From assembly GCA_904501735.1 (NCBI GenBank), contig CAJGBY010000005.1:27660-91659 (forward strand): a stretch of DNA of 64,000 bases. Reading direction: 5' to 3'. The notes beneath the pieces are model-generated. The model had not been told where the DNA came from. It made no database searches and saw only the letters and a list, made by a program, of their open reading frames with translations. A program made the position numbers and the translations under genes. This stretch comes from an uncultured Muribaculaceae bacterium (GTDB lineage Bacteria; Bacteroidota; Bacteroidia; Bacteroidales; Muribaculaceae). Numbering within the stretch: the stretch's first letter is position 1; every line of letters starts with the position of its first letter. Shown here one piece after another: positions 61,553 to 64,000 of this stretch.

Positions 61553-64000
61553 TTATTCAGCAGGAGGAAGCATTACGAATTGAATGCGGTTGCCTGCAGC
61601 AAGAATCTTCTTAGTGAAGTCTTGAATCTTAGCAGGAGTAAGACCCTTCACGATGTCGCGATAGCCAGCGTTGCGGTCAACACCTGTGTTCAAGTAAGCG
61701 TACATTGCATTCAACCAGTAGCGGTTTTCGTGTTCGTTTTGGTCGATAGCCTTAAGCATGTATTCCTTGATCTTGTTCAATTCTTCTTCCTTTACATTAG
61801 TAGAAAGGTCAGTAAGAGCCTTAGTAGTAAGTTCGCACACGCGATCTTTCTTCTTAGGATCGATACCGAAAGATGCTTGAACTACAAGTTCTGGTTCGAA
61901 GCTCATGTCAAGAGAAGCCGAAGCGTGAGGGCTGTAAGCAGCACCTTCGTCTTCGCGTACACTGTTAGTAAGGTTAGTGCTCATCAATTGACCTACGATG
62001 CTTGCCATAACGCTGTTTTCGGCAGTGTAAGCAATCTTGTTAGTGTGCCAGATACCAGCATACTTAGCTTGATTGTTTTCGGTAGCATAAACAAATTCGC
62101 CATATACATCACCCTTCTTGATAGCAAGTTTGTCGTCGATAGCAACTTCCTTCTTGCCCTTCTTAGCAGGAAGAGAAGCGATGTATTGAGCAACATATTG
62201 CTTCAATTGAGCTTCGTCGAAGTTACCGATGATGATATAGTTAAATTCAGCAGCATTGCCAAAGCGTTCCTTGTGGATTTCAAGCATACGGCTGTAGTTA
62301 GCCTTTTCAAGAAGTTCAGGACCTACGATTTGAGCCTTAGGATTGTTGCTGTGGATGAAGTTGGTCAATGTATCACCATAGAGATAGTCAGGCGAATTTA
62401 CTTGGTTCTTAAGAGCTGAAGCTACCATGTTTCTCACTACATTGAAGCTTGCTTCGTCGTTGCGAGGAGTAACGATGCTTGCATATAGCAATTGCATCAT
62501 TGTTTCAAGATCCTTAGGAGTAGAGTTTCCTGAGATAGTTTCTTTGTGGCTGCTGATATTGAACGATACAGAAGCTTGCTTACCACTCATAAACTTGTTA
62601 AGGTCGTTGTAAGACAATTCGTTAACACCATTCATGCTCCACAATTGGTTGTAGATAGAGATGTTAGCGTGGTCTTCAGCGCTGTAAAGAGCTTCACCAC
62701 CCCAGCTTGTAGCTGATAGGCGTACTTCGTCGTTCTTGAAATCGGTCTTCTTGTAGTAAACCTTTGCGCCATTAGAAAGAGTTAGCTCAGTGAAACCGAA
62801 CTTTGCAGGAGCTTCCTTCTTGATCTTACCAGCCTTAGGCATAGCGCTCAATAGAGATAGGTTGCTTGCTTCTTCAGCAGGTTTTTCAGTTGGAGTAGCT
62901 TGAACTTCCTTAGCCACAGCAAGCATTTCTTCTTCGCTCATGACAGTAGTACCTTCCTTGATAGGACCAAGGTTAAGAACAACAAGGTTCTTGCCGTTAA
63001 GGTCGATCATTTGAGCCATAGATTGGTTGATTGCTTCAACTGGCAACATAGGAGCCATCGCCTTAATCTTTTCGTATTCGTAAGCAATGCCACTCATAGG
63101 AGTGTTGTCAAGGAAGTGAGCGATATAAGTTTGAGCATAGTTGTCATGCTTTTGCTTGTCGCGGTTAGTGTAAGCCTTTTCAAGACGGCTTAGGTATTCA
63201 TTGCGTGCGCGATCATATTCGGCAGCAGTGAAACCGTGTTCAGCAATGCGCTTGATTTCAGTAAGCACAGCCTTAAGTGCAGCCTTGCCACCCTTGCTGT
63301 TTACAGAAGCTTGTACAGAAAGAGCGCCCTTGTAGGTAGAAAGAAGGAATTCTCCAAATCCACCACCAGCATTACCGAATGGAGCGTCGGCCTTCAAAGA
63401 AAGTTCGTTCAAGCGTTCGCTAAGCATGATGTCGGCTACGCTGAATAGGTAGTCAGTGATGTATTGAGCGTCAGAGTTACGAATTTCGCGAGGAAGGATG
63501 TCGTACTTAACGAAAGCCCACACAAGTTCAGCAGGCATTTCCTTGTCGGTGTGGCTCACGAAGATAGGTTGCTCATTGTCAGGCACTGGGTAGTATTCAA
63601 GTGGAGCAGCATTAGCTGGCATCTTGATAGGACCGAAAAGGTTCTTGATTTTTTGTTCCATTTGGTCAACATCGATGTCACCCACAATTACGATACCTTG
63701 AAGGTCAGGACGATACCACTTAGTGTAGTAGTCGCGAAGTTCGCTATACTTGAAGTTGTCGATAACTTCTATAGTACCGATAGGAAGTCGTTCGCCATAC
63801 TTGCTACCTGGATAGATCTTAGCACCATGCTTTTCGATCATGCGAGTGATAGCATTGCCAAGACGCCATTCTTCGTGGATAACGCCGCGTTCCTTGTCGA
63901 TTTCGGCATCTTCAAGAAGAAGTGCGCTTGCCCAATCGTGAAGGATAAGCATACATGAGTCTACAACAGCTTCGTTGGCAGTAGGTACGCTTGTGATGCG
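61553..64000 (-). CDS. M16-family (insulinase/PqqL-like) zinc peptidase; N-terminus lies outside the window
   Basis: The reading frame stays open upstream of the listed Met to base 64000. GVIHEEWRL, ERLPIGTIEVIDNF...LRDYYTKWYRPDLQGIVIVGDID is the typical end of the first M16 domain, followed by further inactive M16-like domains. Confidence 0.85.
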   Translation of the reverse strand, partial: RITSVPTANEAVVDSCMLILHDWASALLLEDAEIDKERGVIHEEWRLGNAITRMIEKHGAKIYPGSKYGERLPIGTIEVIDNFKYSELRDYYTKWYRPDLQGIVIVGDIDVDQMEQKIKNLFGPIKMPANAAPLEYYPVPDNEQPIFVSHTDKEMPAELVWAFVKYDILPREIRNSDAQYITDYLFSVADIMLSERLNELSLKADAPFGNAGGGFGEFLLSTYKGALSVQASVNSKGGKAALKAVLTEIKRIAEHGFTAAEYDRARNEYLSRLEKAYTNRDKQKHDNYAQTYIAHFLDNTPMSGIAYEYEKIKAMAPMLPVEAINQSMAQMIDLNGKNLVVLNLGPIKEGTTVMSEEEMLAVAKEVQATPTEKPAEEASNLSLLSAMPKAGKIKKEAPAKFGFTELTLSNGAKVYYKKTDFKNDEVRLSATSWGGEALYSAEDHANISIYNQLWSMNGVNELSYNDLNKFMSGKQASVSFNISSHKETISGNSTPKDLETMMQLLYASIVTPRNDEASFNVVRNMVASALKNQVNSPDYLYGDTLTNFIHSNNPKAQIVGPELLEKANYSRMLEIHKERFGNAAEFNYIIIGNFDEAQLKQYVAQYIASLPAKKGKKEVAIDDKLAIKKGDVYGEFVYATENNQAKYAGIWHTNKIAYTAENSVMASIVGQLMSTNLTNSVREDEGAAYSPHASASLDMSFEPELVVQASFGIDPKKKDRVCELTTKALTDLSTNVKEEELNKIKEYMLKAIDQNEHENRYWLNAMYAYLNTGVDRNAGYRDIVKGLTPAKIQDFTKKILAAGNRIQFVMLPPAE

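Noticed and set aside
61460-62419. 319-aa plus-strand ORF
   Set aside because: It is antisense to the M16 peptidase gene and spans the bidirectional terminator. It has low-complexity shadow-frame composition.
1-64000. Search for CRISPR arrays, rRNA genes, IS elements, integrases and prophage structural genes
   Set aside because: No regularly spaced direct repeats, transposase or integrase motifs (DDE, R..H..R..Y) or rRNA-like sequence were seen anywhere in the window.

Overview
This is a chromosomal window from a Bacteroidota/Bacteroidales genome. It looks Prevotella-like: T9SS-type cargo proteins, an argF'-type N-succinylornithine carbamoyltransferase, TTTG-N19-21-TAnnTTTG promoters, and roughly 45-50% GC judged by eye. 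About 50 genes are supported, most of them core. Replication, repair and translation genes include polA, recF plus DUF721, rnhB, cdd, der, era, rpmF, yceD-like, queG, tRNA-Tyr and tRNA-Gly. Envelope and lipid genes include ldcA, a GT4 glycosyltransferase, an MBOAT plus SGNH pair, an MsbA-like ABC exporter, an LptE-like lipoprotein, secG, fabH, a PlsC-family acyltransferase, an ispB-like prenyl synthase, a DUF2723 giant membrane protein and a large beta-barrel OMP. Metabolism genes include argF' and sdaA. Regulators are a sensorless sigma-54 activator and an orphan histidine kinase. There is also an NfeD/SPFH pair and a 2615-aa subtilase with a T9SS sorting domain. Two strikingly AT-rich insertions stand out against this background. 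The first (about 1.5-4.4 kb) is a tightly packed minus-strand cassette: an AbiC-like 2-TM gene broken by a frameshift at an A5/T5 run, a cytoplasmic VanX/DdpX-type D-Ala-D-Ala dipeptidase, and an unknown 2-TM protein. It has a palindromic operator-like site on its promoter and a sigma-70 region-4-only HTH gene just downstream. This is my best candidate for an undescribed defence or suicide module. The second (39.48-40.5 kb) is a single gene with a PUA-like N-domain and an Mrr-type D...QxK nuclease core, a type IV restriction candidate about 0.8 kb from the tRNA pair. No CRISPR array, integrase, transposase or rRNA was seen. All family assignments come from motif recognition by eye. No searches were run.
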